In this document: one piece after another, positions 21,737 to 34,945 of the stretch
How positions within the stretch are numbered: position 1 is the stretch's first letter
How the letters are laid out: the number at the start of each line of letters is the position of its first letter
NCBI RefSeq assembly: GCF_044704955.1
Contig: NC_091984.1
Coordinates: 146,630,001-146,694,000 of the forward strand
Origin: Pristiophorus japonicus
Lineage: Eukaryota
Length of the DNA: 64,000 nucleotides
Reading direction: 5' to 3'
Made by a program: the position numbers and the translations under genes
The notes under the pieces: model-generated
What the model was told of the DNA's origin: nothing
Seen by the model: the letters and a program-made list of their open reading frames with translations, nothing else
Database searches by the model: none

Positions 21737-24700
21737 GAAACATAGAAACATAGAAAATAGGTGCAGGAGTAGGCCATTCGGCCCTTCTAGCCTGCACCTC
21801 CATTCAATGAGTTCATGGCTGAACATGCAACTTCAGTACCCACTTCCTGCTTTCTCGCCATACCCCTTGATCCCCCGAGAAGTAAGGACTGCATCTAAGT
21901 CCTTTTTGAATATATTTAGTGAATTGGCCTCAACAACTTTCTGTGGTAGAGAATTCCACAGGTTCACCATTCTCTGGGTGAAGAAGTTTTTCCTCATCTC
22001 GGTCCTAAATGGCTTACCCCTTATCCTTAGACTGTGACCCCTGGTTCTGGACTTCCCCAACATTGGGAACATTCTTCCTGCATTTAACCTGTCTCAACCC
22101 GTCAGAATTTTAAACATTTCTATGAGGTCCCCTCTCATTCTTCTGAAGTCCAGTGAATATAAGCCCAGTTGGTCCAGTCTTTCTTGACAGGTCAGTCCCA
22201 CCATCCCGGGAATCAGTCTGGTGAACCTTCGCTGCACTCCCTCAATTGCAAGAATGTCCTTCCTCAAGTTAGGAGACCAAAACTGTACACAATACTCCAG
22301 GTGTGGCCTCACCAAGGCCCTGTACAACTGTAGCAACACTTTCCTGCCCCTGTACTCAAATCACCTCGCTATGAAGGCCAACATGCCATTTGCTTTCTTA
22401 ACCGCCTGCTGTACCTGCATGCCAACCTTCAATGACTGATGTACCATGACACCCAGGTCTCGTTGCACCTCCCCTTTTCTTAATCTGTCACCATACAGAT
22501 AATAGTCTGTCTCTCTGTTTTTACCACCAAAGTGGATAACCTCACATTTATCCTCATTATACTTCATCTGCCATGCATTTGCCCACTTACCTAACCTATC
22601 CAAGTCACTCTGCAGCCTCATAGCATCCTACTCGCAGCTCACACTGCCACCCAACTTAGTGAAATCCGCAAATTTGGAGATACTACATTTAATCCCCTTG
22701 TCTAATCATTAATGTACAGTGTAAACAGCTGGGGCCCCAGCACAGAACCTTGCAGTTCACTGCCTGCCATTCTGAAAAGTACCCATTTACTCCTACTCTT
22801 TGCTTCCTGTCTGACAACCAGTTCTCAATCCACGTCAGCACACTACCCCCAATCCCATGTGCTTTAACTTTGCACATTAATCTCTTGTGTGGGACCTTGT
22901 CGAAAGCCTTCTGAAAGTCCAAATATACCACATCAACTGGTTCTCCCTTGTCCACTCTACTGGAAACATCCTCAAAAAATTGCAGAAGATTTGTCAAGCA
23001 TGATTTCCCTTTCACAAATCCATGCTGACTTGGACCTATCATGTCACCTCTTTCCAAATGCGCTGCTGTGACATCCTTAATTAATGATTCCATCATTTTA
23101 CCCACTACTGAGGTCAGGCTGACTGGACTATAATTCCCTGTTTTCTCTCTCCCTCCTTTTTTAAAAAGTGGGGTTACATTGGCTACCCTCCACTCGATAG
23201 GAACTGATCCAGAGTCAATGGAATGTTAAAAAATGACTGTCAGTGCATCCGCTATTTCCAAGGCCACCTCCTTAAGTACTCTGGGATGCAGTCCATCAGG
23301 CCCTGGGGATTTATCGACCTTCAATCCCATCAATTTCCCCAACACAATTTCCCGACTAATAAGGATTTCCCTTAGTTCCTCCTCCTTACTAGACCCTCTG
23401 ACCCCTTTTATATCCGGAAGATTGTTTGTGTCCTCCTTAGTGAATACCGAACCAAAGTACTTGTTCAATTGGTCTGACATTTCTTTGTCCCCCGTTATGA
23501 CTTCCCCTGATTCTGACTGCTGGGGACCTACGTTTGTCTTTCCTAGCCTTTTTCTCTTTACATATCTATAGAAACTTTTGCAATCCATCTTAATGTTTCC
23601 TGCAAGCTTCTTCTCATACTTCATTTTCCCTGCCCTAATCAAACCCTTTGTCCTCCTCTGCTGAGTTCTAAATTTCTCCCAGTCCCCGGGTTCGCTGCTA
23701 TTTCTGGCCAATTTGTATGCCACTTCCTTGGCTTTAATACTATCCCTGATTTCCCTTGATAGCCACGGTTGAGCCACCTTCCCTTTTTTATTTTTACGCC
23801 AGACAGGGATGTACAATTGTTGTAGTTCATCCATGCGGTCTCTAAATGTCTGCCATTGCCCATCCACAGTCAACCCCTTAAGTATCATTCACCAATCTGA
23901 GCCAATTCACGCCTCATACCTTCAAAGTTCCCCTTCTTTAAGTTCTGGACCATGGTCTCTGAATTAACTGTTTCATTCTGCATCCTAATGCAGAATTCCA
24001 TCATATTATGGTCACTCTTCCCCAAGGGGCCTCGCACAATGAGATTGCTAATTAATCCTCTCTCATTACACAACACCCAGTCTAAGATGGCCTCCCCCCT
24101 AGTTGGTTCCTCGACATATTGGTCCAGAAAACCATCCAGGAAATCCTCCTCCACTGTATTGCTACCAGTTTGGCTAGCCCAATCTATGTGCATATTAAAG
24201 TCACCCATTATAACTGCTGCACCTTTATTGCATGCACCCCTAATTTCCTGTTTGATGCCCTCCCCAACATCACTACTACTGTTTGGAGGTCTGTACACAA
24301 CTCCCACTAACGTTTTTTGCCCTTTGGTGTTCTGCAGCTCTACCCATATAGATTCCACATCATCAAAGCTAATGTCGTTCCTAACTATTGCATTAATCTC
24401 CTCTTTAACCAGCAATGCTACCCCACCTCCTTTTCCTTTTATGCTATCCTTCCTGAATGTTGAATACCCCTGGATGTTGAGTTCCCTGCCCTGATCATCC
24501 TGGAGCCACGTCTACGTAATCCCAATCACATCATATTTGTTAACATCTATTTGCACAGTTAATTCATCCACCTTATTACGGATACTACTTGCATTAAGAC
24601 ACAAAGCCTTCAGGCTTGTTTTTTTAACACCCTTTGTCCTTTTAGAATTTTGCTGTACAGTGGCCCTTTTTGTTCATTTTCTTGGGTTTCTCTGCCCTCC

Positions 24701-25972
24701 ACTTTTCCTCATCTCATTTCTGTCTTTTGCTTTTGCCTCCTTTTTGTTTCCCTCTGTCTCCCTGCATTGGTTCCCATCCCCCTGCCATATTAGTTTAACT
24801 CCTCCCCAATAGCACGAGCAAACACTCCCCCTAGGACATTGGTTCCGCTCCTGCCCAGGTGCAGACCGTCCGGTTTGTACTGGTCCCACCTCCCCCAGAA
24901 CCGGTTCCAATGCCCCAGGAATTTGAATCCCTCCCTGCTGCACCACTGCTCAAGCCACGTATTCATCTGCGCTATCCTGCGATTCCTACTCTGACTAGCA
25001 CATGGCACTGGTAGCAATCCCGAGATTACTAATTTTGAGGTCCTAGTTTTAAATTTAGCTCCTAGCTCCTTAAATTCGTTTCGAAGGACCTCATCCCTTT
25101 TTTTACCTATGTCGTTGGTACCAATGTGCACCACGACAACTGGCTGTTCTCCTTCCCTTTTTAGAATGTCCTGCACCCGCTCCGAGACATCCTTGATCCT
25201 TGCACCAGGGAGGCAACATACCATCCTGGAGTCTCGGTTGCGGCCGCAGAAACGCCTATCTATTCCCCTCACAATTGAATCCCCTATCACTATCGCTCTC
25301 CCATTCTTTTTCCTGCCCCCCTGTGCAACAGAGCCAGCCATGGTGCCATCATCTTAGCTGCTGCTGCCCTCCCCTGAGGAGTCATTCCCCTCAACAGCAC
25401 TCAAACAGTGTATCTGTTTTGCAGGGGGATGACCACAGGGGACCCCTGCACTACCTTCCTTGCACTATTCTTCCTGCTGGTCTTCGATTCCCTAGTTGGC
25501 TGTGGACCCATCTCCTGCAGTAAGAGCAACTCGCTACACATGCTACTCACGTCGTTCTCAGCATCGTGGATGCTCCAGAGTGAATCCACCCTCAGCTCCA
25601 ATTCCGCAACGCAGTCCGTCAGGAGCTGGAGGCGGTACACTTCCCGCAGATGTAGTCGTCAGGGACACCGGAAGCGTCCCTGAGTTCCCACATGGTACAG
25701 GAGGAGCATATCACGTGACCGAGCTCCACTGCCATGACTTAACCCTTAGATACACTTAAATTGGCAACAACAATGTTAAAAGTTACTGACTGTTATAGAA
25801 GAGAAAAAAGAAAAACTACTCACCAATCCAGCCAATCACTTATCCGCCTTGGCTGTGACGTCACCTTTCTGTTTCTTTCTACTTCTTTTTTGCCTTCTCC
25901 CTGTAGCTGCACCGGCTAGCCTCTCGCTGACCCTGAACTCACGCTGCTCAGAGCTCCCGCCTCCTCGACTGG
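21737..25972 (-). mobile_element. Near full-length CR1 LINE (ORF1 zinc finger/SGNH esterase; ORF2 APE+RT), inactivated by stops and frameshifts
   Basis: GDSIVRG, HIGTND and DGLHL esterase motifs; APE and RT motifs; (CATAGAAA)n tail; TSD ATTATA at 21731-21736 and 25973-25978. Confidence 0.93.
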
Positions 25973-27329
25973 ATTATACTCCACCTGCCAAATCTTTGCC
26001 CATTCACTTAGCTGGTCTATATCCCTTTACAGACTATTTGTGTCCTCCTCACAATTTGCTTTCCCACCCATCTTTGTATTATAGGGTGATTGTTATTCAA
26101 TCGACTCTGATTCTTAGAAATCGACTGAAGACATACAATCACCCTTCCTGGCTGTATCTATTGTAGGTTCGTGGTCGTTGGTTCTGTGCCCTGTTGGTTC
26201 TTCTTCTGGCCATTCTCTGCATTGCTGTTCCCTCCGTTTACACCATGTCCTTCCGTCCATTCATCTGTTTGTTCTTTCGACCTGTGTGCATCTGTACACG
26301 TATCCTTCTACTTCTTCTGTGTGCTTCTTCTTCCGTCTGTTCCTGGCCTTCATCCATCTTCTGCAGAGCTGCTTCTAGCTCACATATTTATATCCAGACT
26401 ATGATTGATCTCCCGCCACTGCGGTTTCTGATAAAGTGTTTACATAGATATATTTTATTGTGGTCCCCTTGGTTGATTGACTGCAATAATGGACTCATCT
26501 GTTTTCCCATTTGCACACTGAGTCTGCAAGGCTCAAGTTGATTTCTCATCTTAACACCTCGTCCCAAAAAATGTGCACCTAGTGTGGTTCCTTTGTTGTC
26601 CAGTATTTTTACAGACTTGCTGTCTCCAGTGAGCTTGTTTTTCCCACCCTGGTCAATCAAGTTCAGGGCCTCACGTAACAACTCCATTCTTGTTATGCAT
26701 GAAGTCAGTTTTGGTCCCTGACCAAGAATGCCCTTAATTGTCCAGCTTCATTCCAAAAGCTTGTATTACATTCCAAAACCTTGTATTAATCTTTAGCTCA
26801 TGGTCTCCTTCTGTGCTTTTCTGAAGATTAGTAACCTTACACTCCCTCCTTTAATGTTTCGTAAATATAAAACTAGAGACATTACTTGTGGAGTTCTTCT
26901 TTTTTCATGAGCTCTTTTTGGGTGTATTGCAGTCTCAGTCAAAAACTCCAGATTACTTTCTTTTCTTACATCAAAAAACAGTACTTTTTCCCGACAAACC
27001 AACACTTTTACAACAAAAATATTCGGCCTTGATCTGACTTCAGTTTTATATACAAACACTTTGGCTTTGGTTCATCTTAACAACCCTTCAAGATTCCCTT
27101 CCTTTGTATTCTTTTTCAACTTACAGGATAAGATAAATAGTTACACCACTATAACCAACTGTACAATGGCTAGTGCATGAGACATGATTCAAACCCAGAG
27201 GAGAATCTGAATGTTGAATACCAAATCCCATTTTGGAGGGGCCATCACTTCCTCAATTTCCTCCCTTACTTTTTAATTTGTTTGGTGTAATGTGTAATCG
27301 TGATTGTTGGATATTACAATGTCCTTCCT

Positions 27330-27850
27330 TGTACCATCAGCAAACTTAGCTACATTAAACTCGGTCCCTTCATCTAAGTCATTAATGTAGATAGTAAATA
27401 GATGAGGCCCAGCACTGATCCATGCGGCACTCCACTAGTTACCGTTTCCAATGGGAAAATGACCCATTTATGCCAACTCCCTGTTTTCTGTGAGTTAGCC
27501 AATTCTCTATCCATGCTAAGATATTACCCCCAACCCCATGAACTTTTATCTTGTGCCTTTTATGTGGTACCTCATCGAATGCCTTCTGGAAATCCAAATA
27601 CACCACATCCACTGGTTCCCCTTTATCACCCTGCTCGGTACATCCTCAAAGAATTCCAGAAAATTTGTCAAACATGATTTCCCTTTCATAAAACCATGCT
27701 GACTCTGCTTGATTGAACTACGCTTTTCCAAATGTCCTGCTACTGCATCCTTAATAATGGACTCCAGCATTTTCCTAACCACAGATGTATAACTGGTCTA
27801 TAGTTTCCTGCTTTCTGTCTGCCTCCTTTTTGAAATAGAGGCGTTACATT
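27330..27850 (-). mobile_element. CR1 RT fragment
   Basis: ORF 27546..27782(-): QHGFMKGKSCLTN. Confidence 0.85.
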
Positions 27851-27921
27851 TGCTGTGCGTACTTTGGAGAGAGCGTTAAAAGGAGCAGCGACATCCAGAA
27901 TACCAGATTTTGCCTCAATTC

Positions 27922-28345
27922 AACAACAAAAACCTGTATTTATATAGCGACTTTAACGTAGTGAAACGTCCCAAGGCACTTCCCAGGAGTATTATGAGAT
28001 ACAAAATTTGACACCGAGTCACATAAGAAGAAATTAGTGTCGGTGACCAAAGAGGTATATTTTAAGGATCGTCTTGAAGGTGGAAAGAGAGTTAGAGAGG
28101 CGGAGAGGTTTAGGGAGAGAGTTCCAGAGCTTGGGGTCTCGGTAACAGAAGGCACGGCCACCAATGGTTGAGCGATTATAATCAGGGATGCTCAGGAGGG
28201 CAGAATTAGAGGAGCATAGACATCTCGGGGGGTTGTGGGGCTGGAGGAGATTACAGTGATAGGGAGGGGCGAGATCATGGAGGGATTTGAAAACAAAGAT
28301 GAGAATTTTAAAAATTGAGGCATTGCTGAACTGGAAGCTGATGTC
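27922..28345 (-). mobile_element. L2 LINE 3' fragment
   Basis: FKILIFVFKSLH.LAPPY...GGRAF....PKLWNSLP...FK..LK.YLF, followed by a GCTATATAAAT tail. Confidence 0.85.
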
Positions 28346-29481
28346 AGTCTCTACCTTCCCCCCTCTGAGCCATTCTCCCCACCCCCACCTCGAGCCGCTC
28401 CCCCGCCTCCCTCCCTCACTCCCGCCCTCCTCACACCACATCCCTCAGCCTCCCTCCCCCTGATCCCAACTCAGTCCCCACTCCCTCCCCACCTCCCTGC
28501 CCCCCTACCTCACACGCCCCTCCTCTCCTCTCCCAACCTCTCTGCCCCTCCCGAGCCGGAGTAGGCCATTCTTCCCCTCGAGCCTGCTCCGCCATTCAAT
28601 GAGATCATGGCTGATCTTCTACCTCAACTCCACTTTCCTGCACTGTCCCCATATCCTTCAATTCCCTTAATATCCAAAAATCTATCGATCTCCGTCTTGA
28701 ATATACTCAAAGACTAAGGGGTCAACTTTCCGCTTGAGTTGCTCCTTTTTTTTGGAGCAATTGGTTTAGAATGAAGTATCTGAGAAATTGCAATTCTCGG
28801 CATTTAATTTGCTCCAGTTCCAGTGAGTTAGAACAGTTTCATTTTGGAACAGCTTTCTTTTTTCAAAAGGGGGCATGTGCGGCCACTTACGCCTGTTTTG
28901 AAAGTTTAGGCAGCGAAAACTTACTCCAAACTAACTTAGAATGGAGCAAGTGTAGATTTTTGTACACTCAGAAAAACCTTGTCTACACTTTAGAAATCAG
29001 GCGTAGGTTACAAATCAGGCTTAGAGAATGAGGGGGGGAGGGGAGGGTGGGAGGGGGGAAGTAATTCAATTCTACAAGCATTCAACAGTCTTACTGAGAC
29101 AAATAAATAGCCAGCCTGAATAAAAAATTATAAACAAAGCAAATACAAAATATTGAATATTCCTACCTGTGTGAAGTGGAGCAGCCTTCGAGTTGCTTCA
29201 GGCAGGCCTTCCTTCCATGTTGGAAACAGGGGCGGCCTCAGTGACTCAATGGCAGCCGAAGACACAGCAAGCAGCCTTCGAGTTGTGAGGGTAACTGAGG
29301 CTATTCGGCCACAGGATAGGGGAGGCAGCAGTGGCTGACGGCGGCCGAAGACACAGCAAGCAGCCTTCGAGCTGTGAGGGTAACTGAGGCTATTCGGCCA
29401 GGGGACAGGGTAGTCGTGCAAAGCACCGGGAGGGAGAGGCAGCCAGCTAGCCAGTTTGAAACTTAAATTTGTAATTGCAGA

Positions 29482-30677
29482 ATGGGTGCTGCATTGTCAA
29501 CACCACGGATTATGCAATGGTTTGCCAGCAATTCACAGCATAGGAGAGAATTGTTTAGAGCTCACCGCACCAGGAACTTCATAGCCCGTAGGCTGATGGG
29601 CAGGAGACCTTACCCACATCGGCAATATCGAGCCAGGCGCTCGTACCTGGACATGAGCGAGGCTGATTGTGTTAAAAGGCTGCGTTTCCACAGAGAAGTT
29701 GTTGTTGAGATCTGTGATATACTGAGAGCAGATTTGCAGCCCAGAAGCAGAACACCAACTGCCTTGTCAGTTGAAGTGAAGAGAGCAGCTGCACTTGCCT
29801 TCTATGCCTCGGGATCATTTCAGGCTACAACTGGAGATGTGTGCGCCATCTCTCAACGTGCAATACATGCCAGCGTTTAGCAGGTCACGGCTGCACTGTA
29901 AGCGCAGAGGAATGACTTCATGAATTTCCTAATGACCACATGAGAGCTGTGAGGCTTCTTCAGGATTGCTGGCTTCCCAAAGTTACAGGGCTGCATTGAT
30001 TGTACCCACATCGCCTTGTGAGAACCTGTGGAGGATTCTGAGCAGTACAGGAATAGAAAAGGTTTCCATTCCATCAATGTACCGCTCGTGTGTGACGACA
30101 AGCAGCGCATCATGTCAGTCGATGCGAGATAACCTGACAGCACAGATGATGCCTTCATCCTACGCGACAGCATTATATCTGACATGTTTGGGCAGCAGCC
30201 AGAAGGGCAGAGCTGGCTACTGGGAGACAAAGTGTACGGCCTGGCCACCTGGCTCATGACGCCCCTACATGTGACAAGGACGGAAGCTGACCATCAATAC
30301 AACATGGTGCACATTGCGACGTGCAGCATCATTGAGAGGACCATTGGCATATTGAAACAGCATTTCCGATGCCTGGACCATTCCGGAGACCACTTGCAAT
30401 ACTCTCCTCAGATTGTCAGTCACTTCACTGTTGTGTGCTGCATGCTCCATAACTGAGGCAGCAGGAGCTGGTAGTGGAACCAGAAGATCCACATGAGGGG
30501 CCAGTGCCTGATGATAGTAATTTGGAAGAGCAGGATGAGGATGATGACGATGATCAGGAAAGCATGCAAGTGCCTGATGCCGGAGCACGAGGTCGGAGGA
30601 GGGCCGTCCATCGTGCTCCTTTAACAATTGCTCGAGCCCTGACCCACCAGCTCATCCATGAACGCTTCAATTACTGA
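29482..30677 (+). pseudogene. Harbinger (HARBI1-like) DDE transposase with multiple stops and frameshifts
   Basis: FYASGSFQ, GCIDCTH, NRKGFHSIN, WLLGD.VY, IERTIGILK..FRCLD and CCMLHN motifs, plus an acidic tail. Confidence 0.92.
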
Positions 30678-31183
30678 TGCCTGAGGGCTCTGCGACAACT
30701 GTTGCCCATGGACATGTTTATTCTTTGGAGTTGTTCCTATGTCGTGTTGTGTTAATGGAACATGATTCAGTTTTAATGAAAACATATTTTATTGAAAAGT
30801 TAACGTCACTGTAATAAAATATCTGTTGTATCAAACTTTACTTTTTAATATTACTCTTAAGATCACTGAAAAACTTTAAGATCACTTATAAACTTGTAAA
30901 GTTACAAAACAATTTCAACGTAAAAAATCTTACATTCTTAAGATCACTTTAACATCAAGATCACTTTTTACGGGCAAAATTAAATAAGTTACAAAAAGTG
31001 CGAGCATTTACACTATAAGATCACTTAAAAACCCGATGATCACTTATAAGTTGTAAAGTTACAAAAGTTACAAAACAATTTCAAGTGAAAAACACTGCTA
31101 CAGCTACATCAAGAACAAGAACAAAAGCAGCAAAGAAAGGCTGTAACCATCTCTCATCCACATCTCAGTGAATGTTCACTTCT

Positions 31184-33634
31184 TCATGGGGGTGTCATTT
31201 GATTGGCGGGGCTGTGTGCCCTTATTGCAGCAGCTACCTCCATGAGAGCCTGTGCCGTCACTTGCATGCCCTCCCTGACGGCCTGTGCCATCGATTGCAC
31301 TCCCTCGGACATTCCCTCCCAAAGTTCCCGTGTCATTACTGCTATTTCTCCCGTCAGGACCGTCACCTCTTCACCCACTGCACTGACGCTACCGATGAGT
31401 GATCGGGTAAGCTCATTGGTCTTCATACCCAATGCCACAACCTGAGCCGCATCTGTTGCACGCTGCATCTCAGGAGAGTGTGTCTCCAATCTCCTTCTCC
31501 TCTGCCTGGGCCTGCCTCGCGGCACCACTACACAGGAAGGCGTGGGCTGGGACGGTGGGACACTCTGTGTTCCACACGCCACCACTACACAGGGAGGCGC
31601 GGGCTGGGATGGTGGGACACTCTGTGTTCCAGACGGCAGTACTGGAGAGAGAGGCATGGGCTGGGATGGTGGGATGCTCTGTGTTCCAGACGGCAGTACT
31701 AGAGAGAGAGGCGTAGACTGGGACGGTGGGACGCTCTGTGTTCCAGACGGCAGTACTAGAGAGAGAGGTGCGGGCTGGGACGGTGAGGCACTCTGTGATC
31801 CAGACGGCAGTACTCGAGAGAGAGGCGTGGACTGGGACGGTGGGACACTCTGTGTTCCAGACATTAGTACTAGAGAAAGAGGCGTGGACTGGGATGGTGG
31901 GACACTCTGTGTTCCAGACGGCAGTACTAGAGAGAGGCGTGGACTGGGACGGTGGGACACTCTGTGTTCCAGACATCAGTACTAGAGAAAGAGGCGCGGG
32001 CTGGGACAGTGGGACACTCTGTGTTCCAGACGGCACCACTACACAGGGAGGCGCGGGCTTGGATGGTGGGACACTCTGTGTTCCAGACGGCAGTACTAGA
32101 GAGAGAGGCATGGGCTGGGACGGTGGGACGCTCTGTGTTCCAGACGGCAGTACTAGAGAGAGAGGCGTGGGTTGGGACGGTGGGACGCTCTGTGTTCCAG
32201 ACGGCAGTACTAGAGAGAGAGGCGTGGATTGGGACGGTGGGACGCTCTGTGTTCCAGACGGCAGTACGAGAGAGAGAGGTGCGGGCTGGGACGGTGAGGC
32301 ACTCTGTGATCCAGACGGCAGTACTAGAGAGAGAGGCACATGTTGGGACGGTGGGACACTCTGTGTTCCAGACGGCAGTACTAGAGAGAGAGGCGTGGAC
32401 TGGGACTGTGGGACACTCTGTGATCCAGGCGGCAGTACTAGAGAGAGAGGCGTGGACTGGGACTGTGGGACACTCTGTGATCCAGGCGGCAGTACTAGAG
32501 AGAGAGGCGCAGGCTGGGACAGTGAGGCGCTCAGTGTTACAGACAGCAGCACTCGAGTGCGAGCCGTGGGCTGGGATGGTAGGTGAATGGGTGTAAACTG
32601 CTCCATGATATCACCAGCACCACTGGGACCCACAACGTCGGAATCAAAACCATGGAAGTTGGAACCAGAACCTATGCGAGTGGGAGGCGCAGGCTCGGAC
32701 TCTGGTGCACTGGCTGTAAACTGCTACATTACACCAGCAGCACCACTGGGACCCGCAACATCGGAATCAAAACCATGGAAGGTGGAACCAGATCCTATGC
32801 AAGGGGTTGAAACTCAGATGCCCCTTAATGGGGGCTCATAAACATTCATTTGGAAGTTCTCCCCTGTAGACATTTCAGTCATCGCCGCCAGCATCCAGTC
32901 TGGATCGTCTGCATCTGGTTGTACTGGTTCTTGTTCTGTATCTTCAGGATCCTCAGGGTTGGCATCATCATCATCATCATGTTCTGCAAAATATATCAGA
33001 ACAGTCAAATGTCTAACAGCAATAGAGGGGGCAGCATGGGTGGCACGAGTACTCTCACACATAGCAGGCCAGGCAGCAGGTTGATTTGAAGGGCCACGAT
33101 GCATTTTCAGGACTTACCCTCTTCCTCGCGTGTGGGCCCAGCTTGTGCTGTACTGAATGCTTTTCTCCATGTACGACTCATCATGGCAGCTCCCCTCTGT
33201 TCCAAGGGTGTCAGTTGCTGCAGATTGAGCGTGCCTCCTCCTGTTCGAGTTGCTTCTCTTTTGTTGTGGGCCACTTTCTTCTGCAAAGAGTAAAATATAA
33301 CTTATTACAGAGTGTGTCTTTCTACAGGGCGGGACATACAGATAGTCACATTACAATTACGATTACATTAAAAAATGAAAATATTACTTACACTAACTAC
33401 TTGACCAAGATCGTGCCATTTCTATTTACACTGGCTTCCAGATCTCATGGTATGCACCACTGCGCAGTAATCTTCTGCAACTTGGTTCCAGCGTTTCTTC
33501 ATTTCTTTAGGTGGCACTTTTATGTGACCTCTGTTGCTGGTATCGAGCTCCTGCCATCTCTGCTCAATGACGTTAACTAATATCTCCACTTCCTCATGCA
33601 AGAAATTCTTTGTTCTTGGTGGATGTTGTTCCAT
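31184..33634 (-). pseudogene. Harbinger Myb/SANT-like DNA-binding gene, 3 exons (33634-33392, 33280-33118, 32983-31184)
   Basis: R.KNFLHEEVEILV...KKRWNQVA...RSGSQCK*KWHDL; exon 2 KKVAHNKRE..TGGG..LTPLE; GT-AG introns; premature stops and one frameshift near 31930. Confidence 0.85.
31522..32580. repeat. 57-bp coding minisatellite, ~18 copies (19-aa unit [19 protein letters not shown]), inside Myb exon 3
   Basis: CAGACGGCAGTACT recurs at 32141 and 32198. Confidence 0.95.
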
Positions 33635-34945
33635 TGCTGTATTGAATTGAAACTCTTACTTTTCAAAACACAGTCCTTATTTTGCATGCACCTATGTCGC
33701 ACCTGTTCTGGAAGTTTAGCGGTGAAAAGCAGCACTCACTGATTTCAGGAGGTGGTTTCTTCAACAGTGCTGCTAAAAACACTCTTTCAGACAGCAAAAT
33801 TCAATCCCAAGCCTTTCCAGAGGTCCACGAGACAAATCAGCACATTTCTTCAAGTTCCTTTAAAATGGCTCCAACACGCACGCGCAGGGCTGTCGGCAGG
33901 ACGTTCTCTCATTTGACTTAGCCCCGCCCCCCTGCACTTGCAGAATTGGCGCGACTCTGTGGCTCCGCCCCCTGCTGATGTCTGCGCGCCGCGCCGAGCT
34001 GCGAGGGACCTGCAGGGAGCCCGAGAATTGCAAGGTACATTTTTGTCGCACTTTTAGGCACGAAAAACAGGCGTCCATGTCAGGGCTGCGCTGTTCGAGG
34101 CACGGCCTGAAACTTGACCCCTGAGACTCCACAGCCCTCTGGGGTAGAGAATTACAGAGATTCACCACCCTCTGAGTGAAGAGGTTTCTCCTCATCTCAG
34201 TCCGAAATGGCCGACCTCTTATTCTGAGACTGTGACCCCTGGTTCTAGACTCCCCAGCCAGAGGAAACATCCTCCCTGCATTTACCCTGCCAAGCCCTGT
34301 CAGAATTGTGTATGTTTCAATGGGATGCCCTCTCATTCTTCTAAACTCTCAAGAGTATCGGCCTTGGAACTTGTGGAACCAAGGCGGGTAGATGGAATTC
34401 AGATACAGATGAGCCGTGATCTGATTGAATGGGGGAACAGGCTCGAGGGGCTGAATGGCCTCCTCCTGTTCATTATGTCCAGCAGCAGCTGTGAACCTCC
34501 CCGCAACCTCATCTTGACTTTTATCAGTCGCATCAGAGCCTTGATTCCCTCACCAGGAGGCTGGTGTTTCCAGATCAATGTCCAGCTGATCGATGTCATG
34601 AGTCAGACTCAGTGAGTGCTGTCAGTGGATGGAAAGGCTGCTCTAACTGCAGCCTTGTTCTAATGCATTTGGGGAGGGGCAACAAGGCAAGGGAATACAC
34701 AATAAATGGGAGGGTACTGAGAGGGGTGGAGGAACGGAGGGACCTTGGAGTGCATGTCCACAGATCCCTGAAGGTAGCAGGCCAGGTCGATAAGGTGGTT
34801 AAAAAGGCATACGGAATACTTGCCTTTATTAGCCGAGGCATAGAATACAAGAGCAGGGAGGTTATGCTTGAACTGTATAAATCACTATTTAGGCTACAGC
34901 GAGAGGACTGCGTGCAGTTCTGGTCATCACAGGGCTATGGACCCA

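Larger units (their letters stand above)
28718..34121. mobile_element. Complete PIF/Harbinger DNA transposon (5.4 kb) inserted in a CR1 3' fragment
   Basis: TIRs GGGGTCAACTTTC / GAAACTTGACCCC (12/13 match); 3-bp flanks TAA/TGA; the CR1 sequence CAAAGAC-TGA-G.CTCCACAG is restored on removal (compare ~12975). Confidence 0.92.

Noticed and set aside
29482-30677. Domesticated host HARBI1 gene
   Set aside because: It lies between TIRs next to a Myb partner and has many stops, so it is a dead transposon copy.
31432-32596. Plus-strand ORFs of 147-286 aa
   Set aside because: Antisense readings of the 57-bp repeat within the Harbinger Myb gene.
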